This document shows positions 30,089-39,753 of a DNA stretch of 64,000 nt, one piece after another (within the stretch, counting starts at the first letter, position 1; every line of letters starts with the position of its first letter). The stretch lies in the IMG/VR virus record IMGVR_UViG_3300041407_000075, positions 1 through 64,000 of that record; one strand, 5' to 3'. This stretch comes from a virus. The notes below the pieces were generated by a model. It did no database searches. It was not told the origin of the DNA and saw only the letters and a list, made by a program, of their open reading frames with translations. The position numbers were made by a program, and so were the translations under genes.

Positions 30089-30454
30089 TCATTCTACACT
30101 CTCCAAAAATTTAACGATTTCATTATGTACTTGATAATCACAACGACCTAGGACAGATCGAAGAAGGTTAATAGCCTCATCAAGTTTACTGTGAGCTTCA
30201 TATTTCAACTCTACAACCTCAAAGATATCTTGCTCTGAGAACAGTGGACTGCGCTTACTTGCCTGACCACCAACCCAACGAGATGGCTCTTCAATATAAT
30301 CAAGACCATACTTAGTCATTGTAGTGCCAAACATACTCTGGTTAAAAGCATTCTTAGCATGTCCCGGTTGTTTCCAAGAGGATTTACCAGACCGTGCAAT
30401 GAACAACTCTTTTGTTTCTTTGTGTTGGATTATGTAGGTTTTATTTGGATTCAT
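30089..30454 (-). CDS. hypothetical protein
   Basis: Overlaps upstream gene; SD GAGG. Confidence 0.6.
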   Translation of the reverse strand: MNPNKTYIIQHKETKELFIARSGKSSWKQPGHAKNAFNQSMFGTTMTKYGLDYIEEPSRWVGGQASKRSPLFSEQDIFEVVELKYEAHSKLDEAINLLRSVLGRCDYQVHNEIVKFLESVE

Positions 30455-30968
30455 TCTTCATTTCCTCCTCAATTTGCTTACGTCTTTTTTGAGCATTGCT
30501 TGCTGGCACTATACCATGTTCTTTAAGCCAAGCAACGTCTTTCTTTGCCTTGCAGAGGGAAATAATCTCTTTTTGAATGAGTGCGTCTTCGAAACTAATC
30601 CCCATCCGTTCAGCATAAGATTTTACTTTGTGCGCTTCCTTATTGACCAAAGCCATTTCATCTTTATCACAACACAAGTGAAGAATGAAGGGGAGGACAT
30701 CTTCCCAATCAGTGAATTTTACATTACCAATCTTATGATCCACTTCCAGCAAAGACTTCCCTGTCCACTCTCCTGTCAACTCACAGTAAGCTCCAGACTT
30801 TGCACGTCCTTTGTAATCGTCTGGTGGCTTGGAACACCCTTCATTCTTGAACTGCATCTTTGGTGGGTAGAACTGCCAGATAGATTTTCTGAGTGCTCCT
30901 CTAAGCCAAGTGAAAAAGCTAGACTTTGTAGGCCAAACATCTGGAGATTGTTTCCAAGGTTCCTTCAT
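30441..30968 (-). CDS. HNH-type endonuclease of the replication module
   Basis: WLRGALR, CELTGEW, EVDH, HKVKSYAE; next to exonuclease gene. Confidence 0.7.
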   Translation of the reverse strand: MKEPWKQSPDVWPTKSSFFTWLRGALRKSIWQFYPPKMQFKNEGCSKPPDDYKGRAKSGAYCELTGEWTGKSLLEVDHKIGNVKFTDWEDVLPFILHLCCDKDEMALVNKEAHKVKSYAERMGISFEDALIQKEIISLCKAKKDVAWLKEHGIVPASNAQKRRKQIEEEMKNESK

Positions 30969-31918
30969 ACTATACCCATATTCTGCATAACTTCACGGAT
31001 ATTTACAAAGTCACCTTCCCAACGTAGCATGTGAATTCCATCCCAATATATTTGTGCAACACCAAGGTAATCTTTTGTAACTTCACGTCCACATTGATCA
31101 GTGTAAGTTACTTCTTCTGGATACCACTTCTTGTACATGTCATGCACAGCTTGCCAACATTCTTGTTCTGTCTCCAAATCTTTGAGTAGCTTGTATCCAG
31201 ACTTTTCCCCAAACTTAATTTTAGCAAGGTAGCAAGGATTCAATCCGTCAATCGCATCACCAACAATCCACTGAAGATACTTCCATTTACTACCGTGGCC
31301 CCTTACTTTACCTTTGTCATCTAAAACTAGTTCACCAAGACCTTTAACAAACAAGGGTTCTTGCATCCGATCCCAATTGTACACCCAGCCATCGGTACCC
31401 ATACTATCTTTATCTGTGCTACAACCAATGATTTTAGTCTTGGTTTTAATCCCATCATGTTGACGAATGGAGATTTTATCATCAGCTTCACCAATAACAA
31501 CTTCAGCCTTATGAACCCCTTTCAAATACTCCATAACTTCCTTAAGTTGGAGGGGTTTTACTAGTCCTGAGCGGTTTCCCTTGTAGCGTTGAGGTAGGGG
31601 TAGCTCATCACGAAAGTTGTCTTTTCCACTAAGATAAATCTCGTACTTATCTGTTCCACAAGTTTCACAGATACCTTGGATCATCCGCTTGACTGTGTGT
31701 AAAGCATAAGAGATATCTTCAGCGTTTTGTGTATCTGTAATCTCAAAGTCTTCTAGTGGAAATTTATCACCGATTGTTTCTTTAAGTTCAGTACGGTGCT
31801 TGAATACTTTACTGCGCTGACTAGGTTTGTGTAAAGCAATAATTCCACGAGTTTCATTTGCAGCAGAGGCTTTAAAAGCCAGCAAATCTCCATCGATGAT
31901 GCATATTGGTTTACTCAT
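30965..31918 (-). CDS. 5'-3' exonuclease (FEN/T5 D15-like)
   Basis: IDGDLLAF, NFR, YKGNR, EADD, DKD, GDAIDG. Confidence 0.9.
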   Translation of the reverse strand: MSKPICIIDGDLLAFKASAANETRGIIALHKPSQRSKVFKHRTELKETIGDKFPLEDFEITDTQNAEDISYALHTVKRMIQGICETCGTDKYEIYLSGKDNFRDELPLPQRYKGNRSGLVKPLQLKEVMEYLKGVHKAEVVIGEADDKISIRQHDGIKTKTKIIGCSTDKDSMGTDGWVYNWDRMQEPLFVKGLGELVLDDKGKVRGHGSKWKYLQWIVGDAIDGLNPCYLAKIKFGEKSGYKLLKDLETEQECWQAVHDMYKKWYPEEVTYTDQCGREVTKDYLGVAQIYWDGIHMLRWEGDFVNIREVMQNMGIV

Positions 31919-32230
31919 TTAAGAACCTTCTGCCATTAGATAAACTTTAGGCGTAACACCAAACTGCTTCTCAAGTTTAACGACAGCATTACCAATTTGT
32001 TCAGGAAGGTTTGCACTGAGTTCTACGGTTGAATACTCACTACTGGATACAACTACTTCACCAAAGATACAATCATCTGTATCAGCATCATAATATGGAC
32101 CAGAACGTTCTAGGCCTTCATCTTCTGACCAATCATAGAAGTCTAATTCTGTATCTGTCGAATTCATAATATCTTCAGCTTCGCTGTAAGTGTAACCAAC
32201 AGCAATAACTCCACGATATGAAATACCCAT
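31919..32230 (-). CDS. acidic hypothetical protein
   Basis: SD AAGGAG; PYYDAD motif. Confidence 0.6.
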   Translation of the reverse strand: MGISYRGVIAVGYTYSEAEDIMNSTDTELDFYDWSEDEGLERSGPYYDADTDDCIFGEVVVSSSEYSTVELSANLPEQIGNAVVKLEKQFGVTPKVYLMAEGS

Positions 32231-32246
32231 AATGTTTTCTCCTTAT

Positions 32247-32270
32247 ACAAATAAGGGCTCTTTCGAGCCC
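32247..32270 (-). terminator. intrinsic terminator
   Basis: GGGCTC-GAAA-GAGCCC stem-loop with T-rich tail on minus strand. Confidence 0.65.
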
Positions 32271-32279
32271 AAACAAACC

Positions 32280-32555
32280 TTAGTTATATTCACCACTAAT
32301 CTCTTTATAAAACTCTACAAAGTCTTTAGCCTTAGCAATCTTATCTTCTTCTTTGTCAATGTTATTACGAACATAAACTTCAGCGGCTTTCAGCGTTGAC
32401 TTAACTACAGCCTTCTCAATACCAAGTTCATTCTCGTTCTTCTGATAAGTGTACTCTTCAGCGAGGGAATTCAAGTCTTGCTCAAGGGTTACGATTTCAT
32501 TGAACAGCGCTTTTGCTCGTTCGTACAGGGATTCTTTAGATAGGGTGATGCTCAT
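32280..32555 (-). CDS. putative small dsDNA-binding protein (GapR/DsbA-like)
   Basis: Helical 91 aa; only a loose resemblance to the family. Confidence 0.4.
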   Translation of the reverse strand: MSITLSKESLYERAKALFNEIVTLEQDLNSLAEEYTYQKNENELGIEKAVVKSTLKAAEVYVRNNIDKEEDKIAKAKDFVEFYKEISGEYN

Positions 32556-32570
32556 ATATATTTCTCCTAA

Positions 32571-33062
32571 TTAATAAATTTCAATACCAAAGTTAATCTC
32601 ACCCATCAGTTCAGTATTACCGCTCTCTGTTTTATAAGCATATAGAAAGGGTTTAACTTCGTCTACACGTTTTCCAATAGTACAGAAGCGAGCTGGTCCA
32701 CAAGTATGAATTTTACCAATCTTTGCAACTTTATCTGGGCGCACATTCCAGTCATAAGCTTTAAGCAAACCATCATCCAATACTGGAACTTGCTGAGGAA
32801 GTTTTTGCTCAATGTAGCCAGAAACAGTGCGCCAGAACGCAGCAGAAATTGTTTCAAGTTTCTTTGCTTGTGCTACGTAGTCTGTTGTCGGATAAACATC
32901 ATCCAAAGGATAGTGCTTTACAAGTTTACGATCCTCAGACCATTCAATATCAAACTTGGACAATAGGGCAAGTGCTTTATCTTTCTCTTTACTACCAATT
33001 GCATTTAATTCAGAGGTAATGTCTGTGACATTTGGTGTGAACTCTTTTATTTCTAAAATCAT
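32571..33062 (-). CDS. hypothetical protein
   Basis: Probable start MILEIKE after SD AAGGAG. Confidence 0.55.
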   Translation of the reverse strand: MILEIKEFTPNVTDITSELNAIGSKEKDKALALLSKFDIEWSEDRKLVKHYPLDDVYPTTDYVAQAKKLETISAAFWRTVSGYIEQKLPQQVPVLDDGLLKAYDWNVRPDKVAKIGKIHTCGPARFCTIGKRVDEVKPFLYAYKTESGNTELMGEINFGIEIY

Positions 33063-33109
33063 AAATCTCTCCTTAAATAAGTGACTCATCCTTGAGTCAT
33101 TGTGTTAGA

Positions 33110-33796
33110 TCAGAAAGGGAGCAAATCTTGCTCTTCTTCGTCCAGTTCTACAGGCGCTGGCTTAGCCTTCGGTGCTGGGGCTTCCTTTTCAGCAGGCTTA
33201 GCCTCAACCTTTTTCATTGCATAAGTGCCAAGTACATCATCCACCACATTACCATCACCACCTTTACTTTCATAAGGAATGTGCTCAACTACTTGTACAG
33301 TATCCAGAGTAACAGTGAGCTGACCTTCAGGGTTACGATAGCCGAACAATTTCAAAGTACAAACTGAGCCATTACCAATATCTTGAGTAAAGGCTTGACC
33401 TTCTTTGTCAATAACATTGACAGTCATTGGGTTGCCCTTCTTGCTGAACTCAGGCTTAGCCAAACCAAAGCCGTACATCCCCTCTACAACATCGTAGTTA
33501 GTCTTACCTTCCTCGACATCCTTGGACAAAGGATATTTAATACGACGCGGTGGCTTAGTGGTCTTGTCCTTACCAACCAAGGCAAAACCTTTGTTCAACA
33601 TCACTTCGTCCAGCAATTTATCCTTAGTTGCCTCATCCACGAACGCTGTCAGACTGAACTCTTTGTCCGTACTCTGGTACTTGCTTTTGGGAGAATGTAC
33701 AGCAGCATAGAACACAGGAGCATTCAGTACATATACATTAAAAGTTTCCAAAGTACCGGACTTAGGGAGTTGCTTGACAATTACAGAAGTAGTCAT
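33110..33796 (-). CDS. single-stranded DNA-binding protein (T7 gp2.5-like)
   Basis: IGNGS..L, VQVVEH motifs; acidic tail ending in LLPF; highly biased codons. Confidence 0.8.
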   Translation of the reverse strand: MTTSVIVKQLPKSGTLETFNVYVLNAPVFYAAVHSPKSKYQSTDKEFSLTAFVDEATKDKLLDEVMLNKGFALVGKDKTTKPPRRIKYPLSKDVEEGKTNYDVVEGMYGFGLAKPEFSKKGNPMTVNVIDKEGQAFTQDIGNGSVCTLKLFGYRNPEGQLTVTLDTVQVVEHIPYESKGGDGNVVDDVLGTYAMKKVEAKPAEKEAPAPKAKPAPVELDEEEQDLLPF

Positions 33797-33871
33797 TTAA
33801 TTTTCTCTATTAAGTTGTGTATAGTTTTGTTCACATTATTGTGAGGGTATATCTGCCTTTCGACAAATTCT

Positions 33872-34168
33872 TTACATAAAGCCTACAGCAATCCAGCCAA
33901 GGAACAGTGCGAATGCTGGCATCAGTACACCCACTGTAACAGATGTTGCCCAATCATCACTGCTTTTTTCTTTGCCAATTTCAAGCCCGCGAGTATTGAG
34001 GAACAAACCGAACAATACACTAAGACCATAAGCATGTGCAAGTTTAATTGGTACTACACCAAGAGGCACTACGAACCATGCCCACAGAACATGAATTGCA
34101 TATCCCCACCAAAGACCCAGAAGTGCCAGCCCAACTACAGCGCCTAGAACCAAAAGAATTGCTTTCAT
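33872..34168 (-). CDS. membrane protein
   Basis: Three hydrophobic segments; LWAWFVVP motif. Confidence 0.65.
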   Translation of the reverse strand: MKAILLVLGAVVGLALLGLWWGYAIHVLWAWFVVPLGVVPIKLAHAYGLSVLFGLFLNTRGLEIGKEKSSDDWATSVTVGVLMPAFALFLGWIAVGFM

Positions 34169-34178
34169 TTATTTCTCC

Positions 34179-34445
34179 TTAATGTTTAGTTGGTTCAGTT
34201 TTCTTCTTGGCTACTTTAATCTCTGTCACATTCCCAGCTTCTTCATTCTCAAAAGGACTTTCACCCGAAAGATGATCACCAAACAACTGACTATCAACAA
34301 AGCTCTTTACAGCCTGATTCATAGCATCTCGTTTAGATTGCTCCCACTGAAAGAAATCGGCTGCATCTGAGAAGACATATTCTACAGTGGAAATTGATGC
34401 ATCACCAACTTTTTCTACAGAATCTTTTAATGTTACGCTGCCCAT
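34179..34445 (-). CDS. hypothetical protein
   Basis: Operon packing. Confidence 0.55.
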   Translation of the reverse strand: MGSVTLKDSVEKVGDASISTVEYVFSDAADFFQWEQSKRDAMNQAVKSFVDSQLFGDHLSGESPFENEEAGNVTEIKVAKKKTEPTKH

Positions 34446-34615
34446 TATCGCACCTGTTTGCTAGCAATACGGGCGAACTCTTCTTGATAAATTTTCACAG
34501 ATTTATTCCCGTTAGCTTTCAAGTCACGAAGATATGAGCGGGCCTGTTCGCGTGTTTCTACTTCTGCATAGATAGTGGTGTCATCTGCTACGGTGTATTG
34601 GATCTTGGTTTGCAT
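34445..34615 (-). CDS. hypothetical protein (56 aa, below ORF-track cutoff)
   Basis: MQTKIQYTVADD...KQVR*; SD GAGGAG. Confidence 0.55.
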   Translation of the reverse strand: MQTKIQYTVADDTTIYAEVETREQARSYLRDLKANGNKSVKIYQEEFARIASKQVR

Positions 34616-34626
34616 TTTGTTTCTCC

Positions 34627-34851
34627 TCAGAATGTAGTTGGTTGTGCAACAGAACGAATGGCAGCCATGAAGCCTTTTTGCAAATCAGTCTTAGCAATTG
34701 CTACCCAACGCTGATCCAGTTGACTGTTAGCCTCAAGTTCTTCAATCAGGAACCCAATACGCTCAGCTTCTTTCTTTACAGCATTCATTGCATTAATTTC
34801 TTCTTGACTAAGATCACGATAACCTTTGATCAATGTGTGTTGGTCTTTCAT
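34627..34851 (-). CDS. acb2: anti-CBASS cyclic-nucleotide sponge Acb2
   Basis: QH..IKGYRDLSQEEI..MN.VK ... RWVAIAKTDLQKGFM..IR..AQP..F matches Acb2 as I recall it from Pseudomonas phage PaMx41. Confidence 0.9.
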   Translation of the reverse strand: MKDQHTLIKGYRDLSQEEINAMNAVKKEAERIGFLIEELEANSQLDQRWVAIAKTDLQKGFMAAIRSVAQPTTF

Positions 34852-34934
34852 CTCTTCTCTCCTTTACAATTTAATTTGTACTACCATTCTCGCATGATTT
34901 ATTGGGTTTGTACAGCGGTATTTTCAGTTTCTTT

Positions 34935-35429
34935 TCAGCCTACAGAATCAATTAAAGCCTTTGCTTCTTGGACAAAATATCTGTAGTCCAAATCCCAAGA
35001 AAAGTCCTTGATGTCGTTACATGGTTTCACATCCCAACTGGTGTCAATACCCATGCGTCTCCATTCACCACCTTCAGCCAATGGTGGCATCACCTTGATA
35101 AGTTTACCACCTTCTTTCGAAGGATAGTAGCGGCAAATGTTTTGTAGCTCAATTTCTTCGCCATCCCCCATAACCATCAAAAGCTTACTACTTCTTGGTA
35201 CTTTTGTCCTTAAACAAAAGTCATATTTGTCACGGTGTAGTCGAATAAAGTCTTCGTAGTCACCCATCTCCAAAAGATGATAGAGTGCAGCCATTGACAC
35301 AACCATGGATGACTGATTTTTTTGCCAACCGATTTTATCAAATGGCATTACTTCATATGCACCTTTTGTTTTTACTTTACCGGATGAAATCAAATCCCGG
35401 ATGATTTTTACTTCGTCTTCGTGGTCCAC
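34935..35429 (-). CDS. family-B DNA polymerase, C-terminal fragment
   Basis: GKVKTKGAYE (KxKG motif), DFCLRTKVPRSS, RYYPS, LDYRYF; GTG start with GGAG SD inside HNH gene. Confidence 0.8.
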   Translation of the reverse strand: MDHEDEVKIIRDLISSGKVKTKGAYEVMPFDKIGWQKNQSSMVVSMAALYHLLEMGDYEDFIRLHRDKYDFCLRTKVPRSSKLLMVMGDGEEIELQNICRYYPSKEGGKLIKVMPPLAEGGEWRRMGIDTSWDVKPCNDIKDFSWDLDYRYFVQEAKALIDSVG

Positions 35430-35932
35430 GAATCTCTTTCTCCATGGTCGTCGTCAAAATTATACTTTTCGTTAGCACTTTTCCTAGCTGCGGCTGCCAA
35501 TTCTACAGTATCAAAAGTACCAAGTCCAATCAATTTACCATTAATTTTGATTCGTGCTCTGTACCTACCACTACTCGACAAGTATACACCGTTGTACCCG
35601 GTTGTGTTATTTTCATTCTTCCCTCTATTTCTCATATTCTCTAGTGGTGTGGACAACCTAAGATTTTCAATTCTATTGTCTTGTTTATCACCATTAATGT
35701 GGTCAATACTTGGATTAGGGTACTCACCATGTGTAATATACCAAGCTAGTTTATGAGCTGAATACTTCTCCTCACCTACTGAAATTTCTAGGTAACCCCT
35801 TGAACTAGCATTACCTATTGTTTCACCCAATCTCCACATATGTGCAGGATGATCATTGAGAATCTTAGTTCTTGTGAATTCACCTGTCAATGGGTCATAA
35901 CTTACATAATTAATAAATTCTTCTAATTTCAC
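35408..35932 (-). mobile_element. HNH-AP2 homing endonuclease inserted in DNA polymerase gene
   Basis: YDPLTGEF, AHKLAW, IDHINGDKQDNRIENLR, NNTTGYNGV, LGTF; lies between the two polymerase fragments. Confidence 0.9.
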
Positions 35933-35934
35933 TT

Positions 35935-37647
35935 CTATTCCTTAATTGCAATATATGAATTGACATCGCGTATGAACATTGCTGAATAATCAAGACCTTC
36001 CATCTCAAGTTTAGTTTCTGTCTCCCACCAGTTAACCCATTTATCATCCTCCCCAATAAGGTCAGTATCAATAATATATTCAAAACCGTCTGTATTACAC
36101 ATTACAATCTGCACATTACAGTGATCAATCAACTTCTCCATGAGCATACATAGCGATAACTGTCCACCGATAGTAATACTCATTGTATACGCTGGGTCAT
36201 AAAGTGGGCTAAACTCGTTATTCGTTTCCCCGTACGAACCATTCAAAGCTAGTTTGAGTGCAGCGTTACCCGCTGAACCTTTTGCTGTCTTTGTGCGCTC
36301 GTCATATAGTGAAGCATTAACATCACAGAAAGTCGTACCTAAGTGTTTAGGATAAATCTGATTTGAAATCCCCATGTTTGGATAAAAAGATTTTACATCG
36401 AGCGAACGAATCTTTCTTTTCTCTGTACTTCTAATTGTACCTTGTTTGGCGCCGTGGATACCCCCCACACCGTAGTCATATCGAAACCCATTGATTACTA
36501 CGTTGAGAGTTTCTGCTACGTTCCAACACCAGTAATAGCTCTTTGCTCCTTTAGGGCTCTTAAGCTCTTTCTCTTCAATCCAACCCATCGGTTGCTCTTT
36601 CTTCAGTTCAACAAGTTGCTCTTCTTTTGGGTAGAAGGTTTTACTCCGAGTCCCTTTAAAATCATCGAAGTCATACTTTGTACAGTCAGCTTGATTACCA
36701 AGTTTCTTTTTCTTCACCACCATTTCAGCATACTTAGCAACATCCCCCAACTGATGTTCCATCAAATCACTGAACACACCCTTTGTCTCAGTAATAACCT
36801 GATCCTGAAACCATTTATGGACAGCTTGAAATTCAGGTCGGTCAAACTTAATGTAAGGAAATAGACAATCTTTAATGATGATCTTATCACGCTTCGTCTG
36901 CCGGATCTTTCGACCAAACTTAGTCACTTCATAACAACAACCCGGACTCACCTTCTCAAGCGTGCGAATAAACAATTCTTTACCAATCTTCGTGTCATTA
37001 AAATTGGTACAATCAAATCCGAATTGTTTTGTAAGATCACCCCGCAGTTTAAGATTTTCATAAGAATACCAGTAAAACTTTAGTGTCTCGCTAACGTCGT
37101 GTTTGTTGTATTTCAACAATACATCTTTTTCATGATCATTAAGAATCTTTCCAACAGGGAACGGTAAATCCTCAATATTAGGGGATCGCATGTTGTACTC
37201 AAGCATTTTTAGGGATGTAGCCCGAGCGTGGTTATCAAAATGGTGGATTTTAAACAAATCAACCTGTGGGATAATTACATCCTTTTCCTTAATTGCACTA
37301 CCAAACTTCTCATCTTTGCTTGAGTTGATCAACTTCATTGCTACATCATAAATTTGTTTTGCTGTTATCTTAAGTTTTTTATCTGTCCCATGAACAGCAC
37401 GAGCTTTCTCTAGAATGAAATGAAGAACTGGGTAATCGAAGTTCAGGTTGTTAAATCCAACAAAACGATGTCCAGCACTCTTTACCTTACGGAAGAAATC
37501 AAGAAGGTCTTCTACTTCATTTTTACGATCACTAATTTCAAAGGCTCGCATACCTTTGCCGTTTGAGTAGACAGCAGCGAACGTAAAGGTATTTGGATAA
37601 GTTTCGATATCAAAAATCCAGTCCCCCTCAAAGAATTTCTTTTCCAA
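35935..37647 (-). CDS. family-B DNA polymerase, N-terminal fragment (3'-5' exonuclease + palm)
   Basis: ExoI FDIET, ExoII GFNNLNFD, ExoIII YNKHD; motif A DVKSFYP, B KLALNGSYG, C NTDG. Confidence 0.9.
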   Translation of the reverse strand: MEKKFFEGDWIFDIETYPNTFTFAAVYSNGKGMRAFEISDRKNEVEDLLDFFRKVKSAGHRFVGFNNLNFDYPVLHFILEKARAVHGTDKKLKITAKQIYDVAMKLINSSKDEKFGSAIKEKDVIIPQVDLFKIHHFDNHARATSLKMLEYNMRSPNIEDLPFPVGKILNDHEKDVLLKYNKHDVSETLKFYWYSYENLKLRGDLTKQFGFDCTNFNDTKIGKELFIRTLEKVSPGCCYEVTKFGRKIRQTKRDKIIIKDCLFPYIKFDRPEFQAVHKWFQDQVITETKGVFSDLMEHQLGDVAKYAEMVVKKKKLGNQADCTKYDFDDFKGTRSKTFYPKEEQLVELKKEQPMGWIEEKELKSPKGAKSYYWCWNVAETLNVVINGFRYDYGVGGIHGAKQGTIRSTEKRKIRSLDVKSFYPNMGISNQIYPKHLGTTFCDVNASLYDERTKTAKGSAGNAALKLALNGSYGETNNEFSPLYDPAYTMSITIGGQLSLCMLMEKLIDHCNVQIVMCNTDGFEYIIDTDLIGEDDKWVNWWETETKLEMEGLDYSAMFIRDVNSYIAIKE

Positions 37648-37692
37648 TGCTAAATCTCCTAGATTGAACGGAGGATTTTAGCCCTCCTTTTA

Positions 37693-39447
37693 TTAAAAGT
37701 CAACCATGTGTGCTGGAATTTCTAGACTTTCCACCGATGGTGGCTCATCCATTAGACTTTCTTCAATATATGGATCAGAGGTCGCAAACATATGTGTAGT
37801 CGCACCATCATAACGCAACCATCCTGCGTCTCCGGTATTCCCTGTCCGACGACATTTGACCAATTGCAGCTTAGTGGCTGACTTTTTAATCGGACAAGGG
37901 TTCATCTTATCACGGCTGATCAAAATTGTATTGAATGCAATTTGGTTCAGACTTGAGGAACCCATTAATTGATATTCAGTTACAGCGTGTGGATTCTCTT
38001 CAGAAGGCTTGCGCATGTGTGAGATAGCAACTACACAAGTATCCGTCTCCTTTGCAAACTTCAACAGTGTATCCATAAACTCAATGATTGCACCGTTATC
38101 GCTACTGTTCACACCAGCCTGAACTGGATCGATAACAATCACATCACAGTTCTCAGCCTTCGCCAGATAGTTAAGTTTATCAAAAATCTCAGCAGTTGAA
38201 ATACTACCTTGATGGTCAACATAAACGAACTGATCTTTCTTTGCAAGGTTCTCAAAGAAACGATTCTTCAGAGCTTCAATATCTACGTTCTCACGATTGA
38301 CAGTCCGCAAGTTCATACCAGCGTCAAGCGACAGCAGATCACGTACAACTTCGCGTTTGGTGCCTTCCAGATACATCGCACCTACTTTAAACTGTGTGTT
38401 CTCAATGAGTGAGTAGACTACGTTGTTTACAATCGAGCTTTTACCGATAGATGTCAATGCACCAATGATTGTGATTTCACCCTTTTCCATACCACCATTC
38501 ATCATTTCATTCAAGTGCGACCAAGACGAAGGAAATGGAATCTTTACGTTATTGTCTTCACTTTCAAAATCATCCCACATTTGACTCAAGTGTAAAACAT
38601 CAACCCGGCTAAATGGTGTAGCTTTCCAGAAGAGTTGTTTAAGCTCTGCTGTACGACCAGTTTTAACCATGTCAGAGGCATCTTTAACGCCTTGTGGAAG
38701 CTTTGCAATGAATGCCTTACCCGGAGTAAGGAGTCGTGCAGCTTCTTCTACATACTTCTGTGCCGATTCATCTTGATCAAACGAAAGGATTACTTTAGAA
38801 AAACTGTTAATATATTCAAAGTTAGCCTTGAATTGTTTGATAATACTACCATCACCACACGTTACGCTAACACATGGCGTCCAGTATTCTACACCATCTT
38901 TCTTCGAATAGAGAGCTTGGGCAAATGCCAGAGCATCTTCTTCTCCCGTGGTGATTACCAAATACTTTTGACCAGCTTCAAAGACAGACTGACCAAAGAG
39001 TTCATTAGTTGCCTTAGTGCTACCAATTCCAACAAAGTCTTTAGGATTCAAACGTTTCTTAAATCCTACAATCTTACCATCAGATGTCGATGGATAATAA
39101 CGAGCTGTCACATCAAAGCCATTTTCAACTTCTGTGTGGACGCCATATTTAGTCGATACCGGCTGACCAATGCCACGTTCTTTCCAACCACGAAATGGGA
39201 TTGCTTGAATGTTTGTAAAATCCACTACTTCTGACACTTTATGTTTCCCCTCTTTAATCTTAATACCAACCTCTTCAAGTTGGTCATGATTGAAGTAATT
39301 TGTGCAAACAAAACAGAACGCATCGTTAACATGCTTTCCATCAATTTCTTTCTGATACACAGCCATACCATCTGACGACGAACAGTCATCTCCAATACAA
39401 GCAGCATGGTACAACAACTCTCCGTCTGGTCGCTCTTGTTTACTCAC
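37693..39447 (-). CDS. primase-helicase (T7 gp4-like)
   Basis: Zn finger (C..CSSSD..CFVC), TOPRIM GEEDAL/FDQD, Walker A GALTSIGKSS, ISHMRKP, KCRRTG; probable GTG start 39447. Confidence 0.9.
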   Translation of the reverse strand: MSKQERPDGELLYHAACIGDDCSSSDGMAVYQKEIDGKHVNDAFCFVCTNYFNHDQLEEVGIKIKEGKHKVSEVVDFTNIQAIPFRGWKERGIGQPVSTKYGVHTEVENGFDVTARYYPSTSDGKIVGFKKRLNPKDFVGIGSTKATNELFGQSVFEAGQKYLVITTGEEDALAFAQALYSKKDGVEYWTPCVSVTCGDGSIIKQFKANFEYINSFSKVILSFDQDESAQKYVEEAARLLTPGKAFIAKLPQGVKDASDMVKTGRTAELKQLFWKATPFSRVDVLHLSQMWDDFESEDNNVKIPFPSSWSHLNEMMNGGMEKGEITIIGALTSIGKSSIVNNVVYSLIENTQFKVGAMYLEGTKREVVRDLLSLDAGMNLRTVNRENVDIEALKNRFFENLAKKDQFVYVDHQGSISTAEIFDKLNYLAKAENCDVIVIDPVQAGVNSSDNGAIIEFMDTLLKFAKETDTCVVAISHMRKPSEENPHAVTEYQLMGSSSLNQIAFNTILISRDKMNPCPIKKSATKLQLVKCRRTGNTGDAGWLRYDGATTHMFATSDPYIEESLMDEPPSVESLEIPAHMVDF

Positions 39448-39513
39448 GCCCTTCTCCCCTCCAACACCCTGCAAAGAATATTAATCAAATTGCTTCAAGA
39501 ATAGCAAGGATGT

Positions 39514-39753
39514 TCAGCCATAGATCTCTTCTTCACATTCTGAACAAATACTAATCTCACTGTCAAGAGCTTCCTTCTTACCTTCCTCAAAGGCTTCTTT
39601 CAAGTCTTGTTCACTATACATATCCTGAAAGATGTATTCAAGGAACGAATCAAGGTCGTACCCGTTACACTCAAGCAAGCCTGAATACGCGAGTGATCGC
39701 AGTTCTTCACTAGAATATTTACGATAGTCTTTAACAATGTTAATCATAGCCAT
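39514..39753 (-). CDS. hypothetical protein
   Basis: Acidic ORF with CxxC; SD GAGG. Confidence 0.5.
   Translation of the reverse strand: MAMINIVKDYRKYSSEELRSLAYSGLLECNGYDLDSFLEYIFQDMYSEQDLKEAFEEGKKEALDSEISICSECEEEIYG

Noticed and set aside
35384-35947. Group I intron or intein interrupting the DNA polymerase
   Set aside because: The HNH ORF fills essentially the whole insertion, leaving no room for a ribozyme core; the in-frame stop and missing intein termini exclude an intein
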